Positions 51,943 through 61,207 of a DNA stretch of 64,000 nucleotides are shown here, one piece after another. Under the pieces are notes generated by a model. The model did not search any database. It was not told the DNA's origin and worked only from the letters and a program-made list of their open reading frames with translations. Location of the stretch: positions 160,001-224,000 of the forward strand of contig JBCBUK010000003.1 in the NCBI GenBank assembly GCA_039818205.1, read 5' to 3'. The stretch comes from Verrucomicrobiota bacterium. Its GTDB lineage: Bacteria > Verrucomicrobiota > Verrucomicrobiia > Opitutales > Cerasicoccaceae. Numbering within the stretch: position 1 is the first letter of the stretch; every line of letters starts with the position of its first letter. The translations under genes and the position numbers were made by a program.

Positions 51943-53286
51943 TTAGGGCTCGGTGCTTTCGTGGGCGATCGCGGGAGATTGGGCCTGGTGGCGTGAGTCC
52001 TTGAGAACTTCGGCGAAGCCTAGAGAAACCGCCTCGATTAGGCGGCTGGCGTCTTCGCTTTCGGCGTTGGTGAGGACAACAAAACCGGTGCGATAGCCGG
52101 GATAAAGACCAATTGCGGCGGTTTGGCGGCCCTCGCTACCGGTCGCCATTATGATCTCGGTTTCTTCGTGGTATTGGCGGGACCAGCCAAGCCCAACGTG
52201 GGCTGAGCCTTGCACGGTTGCCGGTTGCCAACGTTCGCGCACGCTAACCGCCGAAGCGATGCGTTTGCCGCCCGGCGTGATGCCCTGCATAAGTTCGGTT
52301 TGCAGCCAGCGAACGGCATCATTCAACGAGAGTTTCAGGCCCAAGAGCGGTGTCAAAGGGTGGCGTTCATTGATTTCGGGGTAGGCCGGGTCATAGCTAA
52401 ACTCCGCGGGCACATGTCCGGTAGCAGTGTTCTCGGTGGCTTGCGCTTTCTGATTTGAGAAGGTGGCAGACTTCATGCCGATCGGGTCGATTAACTGCTC
52501 TTGCATGACGTCGATAAAGTTCGAGTAAAGGCTGCGGTTCCGATTTCCGATGACCATCGCGGTCAAGTAGCCGCCCACGGTGGCGCTGATTTGGCTGTGC
52601 CGATAGCGGCTACCAGGCGGTGACATGACGGGCGCCTGGCCGAGTAATGCAAAGACATCTTCCGGGCGGGCCCATTGGGGGTCGAAAATGTCATCGGTAT
52701 AGCCTGGGACGCCAGCGGTCATTGTTAGGAGGTCGCTGATTTGGCAGCTGCGCTGCGCACGAGCGTCAGTCATTCGAAATAGCGGACTAACGGAGGCTGC
52801 GGTTCGGCTGAAGATCGGATTGTCGGGACGATCGGCGGTTGCAGCAAGCAGGGTTGTGAAGGCGAGCGTTGACGGTCCCAAATTAAAAATCGTGTCTGCA
52901 TCAATTTCGGCGTCCTGCTGAATATTGCGTTTTCCGACGCAAAGCTCCAGGACGGCTCCGTCGGGCTGAACAATGGCGATGGCTGCACCCGGGAGCTGGT
53001 AGTCGCTCATCATCCCTTGCCAGAAAGCCGAAATTTCCTTGAGGGAGGCAGCCGAAAATTCTGGCGGTGGGGAGGCCTGAGGAAGGATTCTAACCGGGAT
53101 GCGGTCTTCAGGATCAACCTTGACCACAGACGGACGCGCCGGTTGTTCAATTGGAACTCCAAGACCGCCTCGTACGGGCACCCGCTGTCCATTCACTACT
53201 GAAACCAAAGCGGCAAAAACGATAAACTTTAGCAGGATCGGTTTCAAAATTGGAATGGGGAGTTGCAGTGGGAACAATGGACGCAT
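51943..53286 (-). CDS. Secreted beta-lactamase/serine-hydrolase family protein with degenerate catalytic motifs
   Basis: LPGAAIAIV, DTIFNLG, DLLTMTAG, PIGM, GLGW scaffold motifs. Start ATG 53286 or TTG 53247 (cleaner signal peptide). Confidence 0.8.
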   Translation of the reverse strand: MRPLFPLQLPIPILKPILLKFIVFAALVSVVNGQRVPVRGGLGVPIEQPARPSVVKVDPEDRIPVRILPQASPPPEFSAASLKEISAFWQGMMSDYQLPGAAIAIVQPDGAVLELCVGKRNIQQDAEIDADTIFNLGPSTLAFTTLLAATADRPDNPIFSRTAASVSPLFRMTDARAQRSCQISDLLTMTAGVPGYTDDIFDPQWARPEDVFALLGQAPVMSPPGSRYRHSQISATVGGYLTAMVIGNRNRSLYSNFIDVMQEQLIDPIGMKSATFSNQKAQATENTATGHVPAEFSYDPAYPEINERHPLTPLLGLKLSLNDAVRWLQTELMQGITPGGKRIASAVSVRERWQPATVQGSAHVGLGWSRQYHEETEIIMATGSEGRQTAAIGLYPGYRTGFVVLTNAESEDASRLIEAVSLGFAEVLKDSRHQAQSPAIAHESTEP

Positions 53287-53495
53287 TAAAATCCTTGAGC
53301 AATAATTTGTTAAATAACTTTCTATGATGCCGATTAGGCCAAATTGCAAGGTTCGTGCTGTTGCATTTCTGTAAAGTAACGATCTAATCAAATAATCTTT
53401 TTCTCCTACAATCGCGTAATGTACTTGAATTCATTGCAGCTGTAGTCTGCTCTGCATATACAATCGTTTTGTAAAAAAAATATTTACTCGGCTAA

Positions 53496-54671
53496 ATGTT
53501 ACACCAAAGACGTTCCATCTTCCCCCTGTTATTACTGGTATTTTTGGCCAGCAACCCTCTCGCAGCACAATTGCTATGTTACGAAGGTTTTGAGTACTCC
53601 GTTGTTCAGCAAACGCTTTCCCTGCGGCCAGTTACGAATAAAGGTCCAGACGGTGTTCCGTTGAAATATTTTGAGGAAATCGACACTCACGCGGTCCGTT
53701 CCCCCTATCAATACACGATACAGATTACACCGGGTAGTATTCCAACCAAGGGTTCGGCATTCCCATTCTCCCCCAAGGGAAATGCGCTGAGTTGGACCCG
53801 CGAGTGGATGGATGCTTACGGTACCATTGTTCCCACTTTTCAGTTTGATACCGCTCACGACAACCAGCCGATCTACTTCAGCTTTGCATTGCGGGCAAAT
53901 TCAGGTGGCAATCCGGTTCGGCAACTTGCGGTGGCGTTTTCCAACGGCAGTAGCAAGCGTTTCCAGATCGGCCTGGATGACTCGAACAATACCGGTAGCC
54001 CAAAGTTTTTTGCCTGTGCGGCGAACCCTCAGCCGAACTGGGATCGGTCCGACAAGGTTGGGTTTAAATACGACACGACTTATTTTGTCGTCGGAAAGCT
54101 GGAGACTGCTGAAAACGCCGACGATGTTATCCAAATGGCAGTATTTGCTCCTGGTCAGCAGGTGCCTCTCAATGAGGGCGGCGTTTCATGGCTTGCCGAA
54201 TCAGCCGAGTGGACTGACTTCCTGGTCACAACGGTTAGCTTTTCCATTTACGGAGGAAGTCCAGGCAAGGTTTTCCTTGATGAGCTGCGGATCGGATCCA
54301 CCTGGAAATCGGTTGCGGTTTCGGACATGCCCCTGGTTGCGACAGTCGAAAATACGACCACAGCGCCATCAACTGAAGCCACTGCCGAGGTCGAGGCCGG
54401 CTCGGGCGAGCCAACGTCTTCGCCAGTTGTGCTCGTGATCATCGGATTGGGTATTGTTGCATTTATCGGTGGTGGAGGTGCGTTTTTCTTTTTTGTGATC
54501 AAGCCCGGTATGGACCACGGCCCAGCAAAACCGCTTTCGGCGCCCAAGGGACCCTCGGCACCTGCGCCCAAGCCTTCGGCACCAGGGGGCGCTCCGAAGC
54601 CGTCACCCAAGCCTGCCGCGGCTTCCGAGGCGCCCAAGCCATCATTTCGTTCGCCGAAGAAACCGTCTTAA
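53496..54671 (+). CDS. Type I membrane protein: signal peptide, beta-rich extracellular domain, TM, Pro/Lys-rich tail
   Basis: Signal peptide, YEGFEY, TYFVVGKL, DELRIGSTW, Thr-rich linker, TM, PKPS repeats. Confidence 0.7.
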   Translation: MLHQRRSIFPLLLLVFLASNPLAAQLLCYEGFEYSVVQQTLSLRPVTNKGPDGVPLKYFEEIDTHAVRSPYQYTIQITPGSIPTKGSAFPFSPKGNALSWTREWMDAYGTIVPTFQFDTAHDNQPIYFSFALRANSGGNPVRQLAVAFSNGSSKRFQIGLDDSNNTGSPKFFACAANPQPNWDRSDKVGFKYDTTYFVVGKLETAENADDVIQMAVFAPGQQVPLNEGGVSWLAESAEWTDFLVTTVSFSIYGGSPGKVFLDELRIGSTWKSVAVSDMPLVATVENTTTAPSTEATAEVEAGSGEPTSSPVVLVIIGLGIVAFIGGGGAFFFFVIKPGMDHGPAKPLSAPKGPSAPAPKPSAPGGAPKPSPKPAAASEAPKPSFRSPKKPS

Positions 54672-54749
54672 GCAATTGCTAGGCGGGCCGCGGATCTGAA
54701 AGATCTCTGGGACTTTCACGACCACCGTTGAAAGTTCTCAACGAAGAAC

Positions 54750-56147
54750 ATGCGATTATCCGTCCTATGCACCAGTGACCCTCCGCCTTCTCTGCTGATG
54801 CGGTTGCAGGACCTGGGTCACCACCCGGAAGCCGTTCCATTGGATACTATGCGGGCCTTGGACGGAAATACCTTGGACACGGTCTATCTGCTTTCGGTGG
54901 ATGAGCTCGATCATGAGCATTGGCCGGAACATCGTGTGAAATTGGCGCGGGGCAACCGGTTCTACTTAGTCTATGGGCGGGCATTGGGCTCGCGGCAGAT
55001 TGTTGATGCGGTTCGTGACGGCGCGCATGATGTTGTCGATACCAACGAGGATGATGGTCGATGGACCCAGGCAATCGATTCTTCGGCGCAAGCCCAAGCA
55101 CTGTGGTGGCAGTTGTACGGGGCGCAAGGTGAGATCGATCGTCGCAAACTGGTCGGGCGATCCCAGGCCATGCAGGTGCTGCGGGAGTCTATTCAGCGCA
55201 TTGGGCCGACGGATGCGACGGTTTTGATTATGGGCGAGTCCGGCACCGGTAAGGAGTTGGTGGCGGAATCGATTCACCAGACCTCTGGACGCGACCCCTT
55301 CGTCTCGGTTAATTGCGCCGCCATTCCGGCCGAGCTCATGGAGAGTGAGTTGTTTGGTGCGGAAAAGGGCGCCTACACCGGGTCAACAAGAACGAAGCCT
55401 GGGCTGGTCGAAGAGGCGGCTGGTGGAACCTTGTTTCTCGATGAAATTGGCGAGATGGAAATTTCCCTGCAACCGAAGCTCTTGCGATTCCTCGAAAGCC
55501 GCCGAGCGCGCCGGGTTGGGAGCACAAAAGAGTACGTTTCTGAAGTGCGGGTGATTTCAGCAACCAATCGTGACCTTCGGGCGGAATCACAACGTGGAGC
55601 CTTCCGTTTGGACCTCTACTATCGGCTTTCGGAGGTCATTTTGAACACGCCTCCCTTGCGTCATCGCCCGGAAGATGTCCCGGATCTGTCACGCTTGTTT
55701 TTGGAGGGCGCGGCGGTGCGCTTAGGCAAAAATTTTGAATCGCTGGAACCCGATCTGGTATTTCGTCTGCAACAGTATTCCTGGCCGGGTAACGTCCGTG
55801 AGCTGCGCCAATCGATTGAGCGATTGGCGATCTATTACGATGGCCCCGTCATGCGTAGTAATTGGTGGGCGGAGCCCCAACCGCCGGAAATGGAGCAGAA
55901 ATCGCGTCATCCGTTTGGGCAGCTTTCGCGGGAACGCGCCCAGCAATCTGCGGAGCCGGGCAGCCGCAACACGCCAATGCCGGCCCCAGCATCGACCCCC
56001 AATACCGGCGCCATGAATCGGAAACAGAAGCTTGAGTATGCGCGGCAGCTCTTGTTGGACAGCGATGGCGACTTGTCCTGGACGGCTGCTCAGTTGGGCA
56101 TTCACCCGACCACGCTCTATCGGTGGCGTCGCGACGGAAAGGTTTGA
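54750..56147 (+). CDS. Sigma-54-dependent activator (bEBP) with degenerate receiver domain
   Basis: GESGTGKE, ESELFG, GAYTGS, LFLDEIGE, FRLDLYYRL, WPGNVREL, C-terminal HTH. Confidence 0.92.
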   Translation: MRLSVLCTSDPPPSLLMRLQDLGHHPEAVPLDTMRALDGNTLDTVYLLSVDELDHEHWPEHRVKLARGNRFYLVYGRALGSRQIVDAVRDGAHDVVDTNEDDGRWTQAIDSSAQAQALWWQLYGAQGEIDRRKLVGRSQAMQVLRESIQRIGPTDATVLIMGESGTGKELVAESIHQTSGRDPFVSVNCAAIPAELMESELFGAEKGAYTGSTRTKPGLVEEAAGGTLFLDEIGEMEISLQPKLLRFLESRRARRVGSTKEYVSEVRVISATNRDLRAESQRGAFRLDLYYRLSEVILNTPPLRHRPEDVPDLSRLFLEGAAVRLGKNFESLEPDLVFRLQQYSWPGNVRELRQSIERLAIYYDGPVMRSNWWAEPQPPEMEQKSRHPFGQLSRERAQQSAEPGSRNTPMPAPASTPNTGAMNRKQKLEYARQLLLDSDGDLSWTAAQLGIHPTTLYRWRRDGKV

Positions 56148-56222
56148 TTGGAATAATTTACCTTAGTTGCGAATCATTGATTTTACCATTTCCATTAACC
56201 TCGATTTTCATTTTCTAATTTT

Positions 56223-57341
56223 ATGGATCCACGTTACATTGAGTTGGCCAGTGTGCTGACCGCGTTTTCTACGAAGTTGCAACCCGGTGAGCATGTCCTG
56301 ATTGATTCCGCTAATGCGCCGACAGAGTTCGTTTTGGCACTTTGCCGGGCCGTCCGCGCGCAAAAGGCTGAACCGCACGTTGTCCAGCGCGATGCTCGGG
56401 TTCTCCGGGAGTTAGTCGCCAACGGAACCGAAGCGCAGTTCACGGCTTTTGCGGACAGCGAAATGCACCGGATGAAGCAGATGCAGGCTTACATCGCGGT
56501 TCGTGGGTCTGATAATATTTTTGAGAGCTCGGATGTGCCCGATGAGCGCATGAAGGCCTACATGAAGGCGATGCGCCCCGTGCTCAACCACCGGGTGAAT
56601 GAAACCAAATGGGTGGTGCTGCGTTGGCCGACACCGTCGATGGCCCAGCAGGCCTTGATGTCGACCGAGGCGTTTGAGGATTTCTTTTTCCGGGTCTGCA
56701 CCTTGGATTATGCCCGCATGGAACCCGGAATGGCTGCGCTCAAGCAATTGATGGAAAGCACGGATCGGGTCGAGCTCATTGGGCCGAATTGCGATCTGCG
56801 TTTTTCGATTCGTGATATCCCGGCAATCAGCTGCGGCGGCGAATACAACATCCCGGACGGCGAGGTGTTCACGGCCCCGATCAAGGATTCGGTCGAAGGG
56901 GAAATTACCTTTAATGCGCCAACGGTTTATCAGGGCACGTCGTTTGACCAGGTGTTCCTCAAATTTGAGAAGGGCAAAATCATCGATGCGAAGTGCAACG
57001 GTGACCAGTCGAAACTAGAGTCGATCTTGGATAGTGACGCGGGTTCTCGCTACATTGGCGAGTTTGCAATCGGGTTTAACCCGCACGTATTGCAGCCGAT
57101 GCGTGACATCCTTTTTGATGAGAAGATTGCGGGCTCGTTCCACTTTACGCCTGGCCAGGCCTACGAGGATGCGGACAACGGCAATCGCTCGCAGGTCCAT
57201 TGGGATTTGGTTAACATCCAGCGCGAGGATTGGGGCGGTGGAGAAATCCGCTTTGACGGAAATGTGATCCGCAAAAACGGCATTTTCCTTCTGGAAGAGC
57301 TCGAAAAGCTGAATCCCGAATACCTGCTGGGCAAGGACTAG
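56223..57341 (+). CDS. Aminopeptidase, M29 family (AmpS/PepS-like)
   Basis: [35 protein letters not shown]. Confidence 0.92.
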   Translation: MDPRYIELASVLTAFSTKLQPGEHVLIDSANAPTEFVLALCRAVRAQKAEPHVVQRDARVLRELVANGTEAQFTAFADSEMHRMKQMQAYIAVRGSDNIFESSDVPDERMKAYMKAMRPVLNHRVNETKWVVLRWPTPSMAQQALMSTEAFEDFFFRVCTLDYARMEPGMAALKQLMESTDRVELIGPNCDLRFSIRDIPAISCGGEYNIPDGEVFTAPIKDSVEGEITFNAPTVYQGTSFDQVFLKFEKGKIIDAKCNGDQSKLESILDSDAGSRYIGEFAIGFNPHVLQPMRDILFDEKIAGSFHFTPGQAYEDADNGNRSQVHWDLVNIQREDWGGGEIRFDGNVIRKNGIFLLEELEKLNPEYLLGKD

Positions 57342-57347
57342 ACTACA

Positions 57348-57869
57348 TCAGCGGTGGCCCGTGCTGCCGGCCGCGACGCGGTTGGTCAGCTGGTCCCAGT
57401 TGTCTCCAACGACACGGTAGGCGGCGGCGAATCCAAGGACGACCCGCCCACTGCTTGGGACTAGTTTGATCATGTGAAAGTCGCCCATGTTGGCCAGCGT
57501 ATCGATCATTTCTCCGTGGCGTTCTCGCATCTGGCCCAGGAGCAGTTGGCATTCCTCGGAGTCACGGGAAATTTCTTCCGGTTTACACGTAAAGGTCGCG
57601 CGTCGGCGAGCGAAGAGTTGTTGAGTGGTTTTCTCGTCTTCGATGACCATGATACTCGCCGCGTGGCCGGTGCGCAGGTTTTGGGTGTGGCGCGCCATTT
57701 CGCTGACAAAAACGTAGAAATTGCCGCTTTCGTCTCGCAAAAACGGTGAATAGGAGGCCTCTGGGGTTGGCGATTCGCCTTGGGTTGCCAGCATCAGGGA
57801 ATGGGTTTCCTCGAGCAGCTTGGCATAATCCATCTCGGCGATTTTGAAGGTGTCGTTGTCCGTGGTCAT
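57348..57869 (-). CDS. HutZ/HugZ-like split-barrel protein (PNPOx family)
   Basis: LAT, ASYSPF, SEMARHTQNL, LFARRR, GDF, GRVVLGFAAAY. Start ATG 57869. Confidence 0.85.
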   Translation of the reverse strand: MTTDNDTFKIAEMDYAKLLEETHSLMLATQGESPTPEASYSPFLRDESGNFYVFVSEMARHTQNLRTGHAASIMVIEDEKTTQQLFARRRATFTCKPEEISRDSEECQLLLGQMRERHGEMIDTLANMGDFHMIKLVPSSGRVVLGFAAAYRVVGDNWDQLTNRVAAGSTGHR

Positions 57870-57948
57870 GCTGAGAGCTTGGCGTAAGATCCGTTGGGGC
57901 GAAAGCGGAAAATTATTAAGAGTTGTTTTGAGCACCCAAATTAACCGT

Positions 57949-57976
57949 TTGCCATTGAGCATCTGAACGTTAGAAT
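57949..57976 (+). promoter_or_regulatory. Possible sigma-70 promoter for GAF-PilB
   Basis: TTGCCA-16 nt-TAGAAT, ending 23 nt before ATG 58000. Confidence 0.3.
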
Positions 57977-57999
57977 CGTCACGAAATTATTTAACTCTT

Positions 58000-60450
58000 A
58001 TGGCTGATTCCCAACTCTCTGCACCGCTCCGTCGGACCCTGCTCCTCAAGATTATTTCGAACAAGGAACCGAAGCCGGAGGATGTGGATTCGGTGATTAA
58101 TTTGACCTCGACCAAGATCGTCGAGATCCTGCAGGCCCAATCGATGACGTTTTACCTCGTGCAGGGGTCCAAGATCCGATTCAAGCACGTCTACTATTCT
58201 CCGTCGTTATGGGGCGATGATCGCAGTCGGGAGAAAGAATTTACCGATAAGCGTGGGCATCTCATGGAACTGGAATTGCCGATCGGGACGGGCATCGTCG
58301 GTAAGGTTATTGAGCGGGGAGAGCCAGCTTTCTTTTCGCTGTCGAAGCAGAACACGCGTCCCATGTTTAACATGACCAAGGATACGGGTTTCGACGTGTC
58401 CTCGATGGTGACAGTTCCGCTGATCGGGAGTAAGTGCATTGGGGCGATTCAATTGCTCAACAAGGAGCCCGATGCGATCCACCCGGAGTTTCGCCGGGAT
58501 GACTTGAAGGTGTTGGAAGAAGTCGCCGAATACACGGCGCCTCTGATCCAGCGCATGATCGATCCGAAGTATGAGATGCCGGATGATAAGCTGGCGACTT
58601 ACATCGCGAAGTTTACCGACTCGCGCCTCATTCTGGATCGCAACGAGCTGGAAATTGACGAGAAGCTTTTTGAAGTTGTTGGGGAGGAAGTGATCCGCAA
58701 GACGGGCGTCATTCCGTTCAAGCAACTGACGCCGACGAGTGTTTCGGCCTTGATGGTCAATCCGTATGACTACCACTCCCGCGAGGAGTTTGAGCGGGTC
58801 TCGGAATTGAGCCTCGAGGAGGTGATGGTTGCTCCAGAATCTCTCATCGACAAGCTGTTAGGCGAATATTTCCAGTCTGAGGCAGCTCCCGAAATGAAAG
58901 CCTCGGACGACGAGGAAATCGCGGGCTTGGTTGATGTTATCGGTGCCGAATACGAAGGCGGAGTAGATTCCGCCGATGGTGATCTCGACGACGAGGACTC
59001 GGCGCCAATTATCACGCTTGCCAACCGCATCGTGGAAGATGCCTATGTCCTCGGGGCGTCGGATATTCACGTCGAGCCACAGGAGAACGATTTGATTGTT
59101 CGCTACCGGATTGACGGAGTTTGTCAGGAAAAGCTGCGCCTGCCCAAGCAGGTTTCTGGCGCATTGAGCGCCCGTTTCAAGATCATGAGTGAACTCGATA
59201 TTGCGGAGAAACGTCTTCCGCAGGACGGTCGTATCGTCTTCACGAAGTTCACGAAGAAGAATATTGATATCGACTTGCGGGTGGCAACTGGGCCGATGAA
59301 CTTTGGCGAGAAGATCGTTATGCGGATCTTGGATAAAACCAAGAGTGCCTTGCCGATTACCGCCTTGGGCTTTTCCGAATACAACCTTTCGAAGTATCGT
59401 GCCTGTATTCGCCAGCCGTATGGCATGATTTTGCACTGTGGTCCGACGGGTTCGGGTAAATCGATGACTTTGTTCTCGGCTCTGCGTGAAATCGCGACTC
59501 CCGATGTCAACATTCAGACTGCGGAGGACCCGATTGAGTATACCATCCCGGGGATCAATCAAATGCAGATGCACAAGCAGATCGGGTTGACGTTTGCTCG
59601 GGCGCTGCGGGCATATTTGCGGATGGACCCCGATATCATTCTGGTGGGTGAGATCCGGGACCAAGAAACGGCTGAGATCGCGGTTGAAGCGGCGTTGACG
59701 GGTCACTTGCTCCTATCGACGCTTCACACCAATGATGCGCCTTCGACCGTTGCCCGTTTTACCGATATGGAAATTGAGCCCTTTATGATTTCGGCTTCGC
59801 TTCTGGTGGTTTGTGCGCAACGTCTGATGCGACGGGTGTGTAAGAACTGTAAGGAAGAATACATGCCGGAAGGTAACGAGCTCGAGATTTTGCAGAAGGC
59901 TTTGCCAGAATGGGAGCCGAGCGAAATCTTTCGTGCTTCGGAATCGGGTTGTAAGGTCTGTGGCGGTAGCGGGTACAAAGGACGTGTCGGTATCCACGAG
60001 CTCATGCAAAACAGCGATGAGCTTGTCCGCGCGATCAATGAAAGCAAAGAGACTGCTGAGCTGAAAGACATCGCAATGCGCACCGGCATGTATACGCTTC
60101 ACCAAGACTCGATGCTGAAGGTCACCGAAGGCGTTTCGACCATCCTCGAATCGGTTTCGACCGTTCCGCCTGACATGCTGCATACTGACGACGAGGTCGC
60201 CAAGGAGCAGGCAGAGAAGATTCATGCAGACGAGGAGCGTTTGAAAGAGGCCGAGGCAATTGATATCGCGCCCAAGAAGACCGCCGAAGACCAGCCAGTA
60301 ACTGAGCAGACATCCGTAGCGGAAGTGATCGGTGATGATCTGGATGATCTGAGCATGGACGATCTTGGCGGTGAGGAAGAAATTGCCGAGCCAACATCTT
60401 CGAATGCGGCGGACGATGATGATCTTGCTGGCTTCTTGCCGAAGTCCTAA
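58000..60450 (+). CDS. GspE/PilB-family secretion ATPase with N-terminal GAF domain and acidic tail
   Basis: GIVGKV..VSSMVTVPL..IGAIQLLNK (GAF); ASDIHVEP, RLPQDGR, GPTGSGKS, EDPIEY, GEIRD, TLHTND, CKNC/CKVC. Confidence 0.92.
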   Translation: MADSQLSAPLRRTLLLKIISNKEPKPEDVDSVINLTSTKIVEILQAQSMTFYLVQGSKIRFKHVYYSPSLWGDDRSREKEFTDKRGHLMELELPIGTGIVGKVIERGEPAFFSLSKQNTRPMFNMTKDTGFDVSSMVTVPLIGSKCIGAIQLLNKEPDAIHPEFRRDDLKVLEEVAEYTAPLIQRMIDPKYEMPDDKLATYIAKFTDSRLILDRNELEIDEKLFEVVGEEVIRKTGVIPFKQLTPTSVSALMVNPYDYHSREEFERVSELSLEEVMVAPESLIDKLLGEYFQSEAAPEMKASDDEEIAGLVDVIGAEYEGGVDSADGDLDDEDSAPIITLANRIVEDAYVLGASDIHVEPQENDLIVRYRIDGVCQEKLRLPKQVSGALSARFKIMSELDIAEKRLPQDGRIVFTKFTKKNIDIDLRVATGPMNFGEKIVMRILDKTKSALPITALGFSEYNLSKYRACIRQPYGMILHCGPTGSGKSMTLFSALREIATPDVNIQTAEDPIEYTIPGINQMQMHKQIGLTFARALRAYLRMDPDIILVGEIRDQETAEIAVEAALTGHLLLSTLHTNDAPSTVARFTDMEIEPFMISASLLVVCAQRLMRRVCKNCKEEYMPEGNELEILQKALPEWEPSEIFRASESGCKVCGGSGYKGRVGIHELMQNSDELVRAINESKETAELKDIAMRTGMYTLHQDSMLKVTEGVSTILESVSTVPPDMLHTDDEVAKEQAEKIHADEERLKEAEAIDIAPKKTAEDQPVTEQTSVAEVIGDDLDDLSMDDLGGEEEIAEPTSSNAADDDDLAGFLPKS

Positions 60451-60508
60451 CCCGAAGCATCAAAGAGTTTCTTTACTCGACGTTATCAAACCTCACACAG
60501 TTATCTAA

Positions 60509-61207
60509 ATGAAAATTGTTATTTTCTCTCTGTTTTTAGCAATTGCGCCGGCTTTTGTTCAAGCAAAGTCATCGGATCACGAGACGTTAACTAGTTCGCA
60601 GTGGATTTCCTTTGATGAGTTTCAAAAGTGGCAGCTAATGCCGGATCCGCCGCGGCCAGATTCGATCATACAGCAAAAAGATATGTATGTCATGGAGTGG
60701 ATGCAGCGTACGCGAACGCCCGAGCAAGTTGCTGAGGCGCGCAAGTTAGAGCATCTGGTTTGGACGAATTTTAGAGATCTGATCACAAGCTCAATCACTG
60801 ATCAGGAGGCGGAAGCCATTAGCACGTTGTTTGATTCGATGGCGGGGGAAATGGCACCGGTAATTTATCATTTCAAAGACTTATTTGACCGTCCGCGCCC
60901 GTATGCGGTGAATCTCGATTTGAGCCCGTGCGTATCTCTTGAGCACTCGATGTCGTATCCGAGTGGCCATGCCACTTGGGGTTACGCAGCGGGCATGCTG
61001 TTGGGAGACCTTTTTCCAAGTGATCAGGAGGCATTGCTGGAGCGGGGCAAACTTGTTGGTTATGCCCGCGTTATTGGCGGGGTTCATTATCCAACCGACG
61101 TGCTCTCGGGGGAACGCCTGGGTGAGGCCATGGCCGAATCCATCATGAAGACGGATGCCTGGAAGGCTTGGAAGTCGAAGCACGGATATCCGAAAAATGG
61201 CAAGTAG
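60509..61207 (+). CDS. Secreted PAP2/class A acid phosphatase
   Basis: KDLFDRPRP, SYPSGH, RVIGGVHYPTD; signal peptide. Confidence 0.9.
   Translation: MKIVIFSLFLAIAPAFVQAKSSDHETLTSSQWISFDEFQKWQLMPDPPRPDSIIQQKDMYVMEWMQRTRTPEQVAEARKLEHLVWTNFRDLITSSITDQEAEAISTLFDSMAGEMAPVIYHFKDLFDRPRPYAVNLDLSPCVSLEHSMSYPSGHATWGYAAGMLLGDLFPSDQEALLERGKLVGYARVIGGVHYPTDVLSGERLGEAMAESIMKTDAWKAWKSKHGYPKNGK

Noticed and set aside
53345..53360. Minus-strand CAGCACGAACCTTGCA, sigma-54-like, upstream of the pseudo-beta-lactamase
   Set aside because: Lacks the near-invariant GG (has AG); not called without TSS data.
54530..54665. Repeated CCCAAG/CCGAAG units
   Set aside because: They encode the PKPS/APK low-complexity tail; not a CRISPR array or DNA repeat element.
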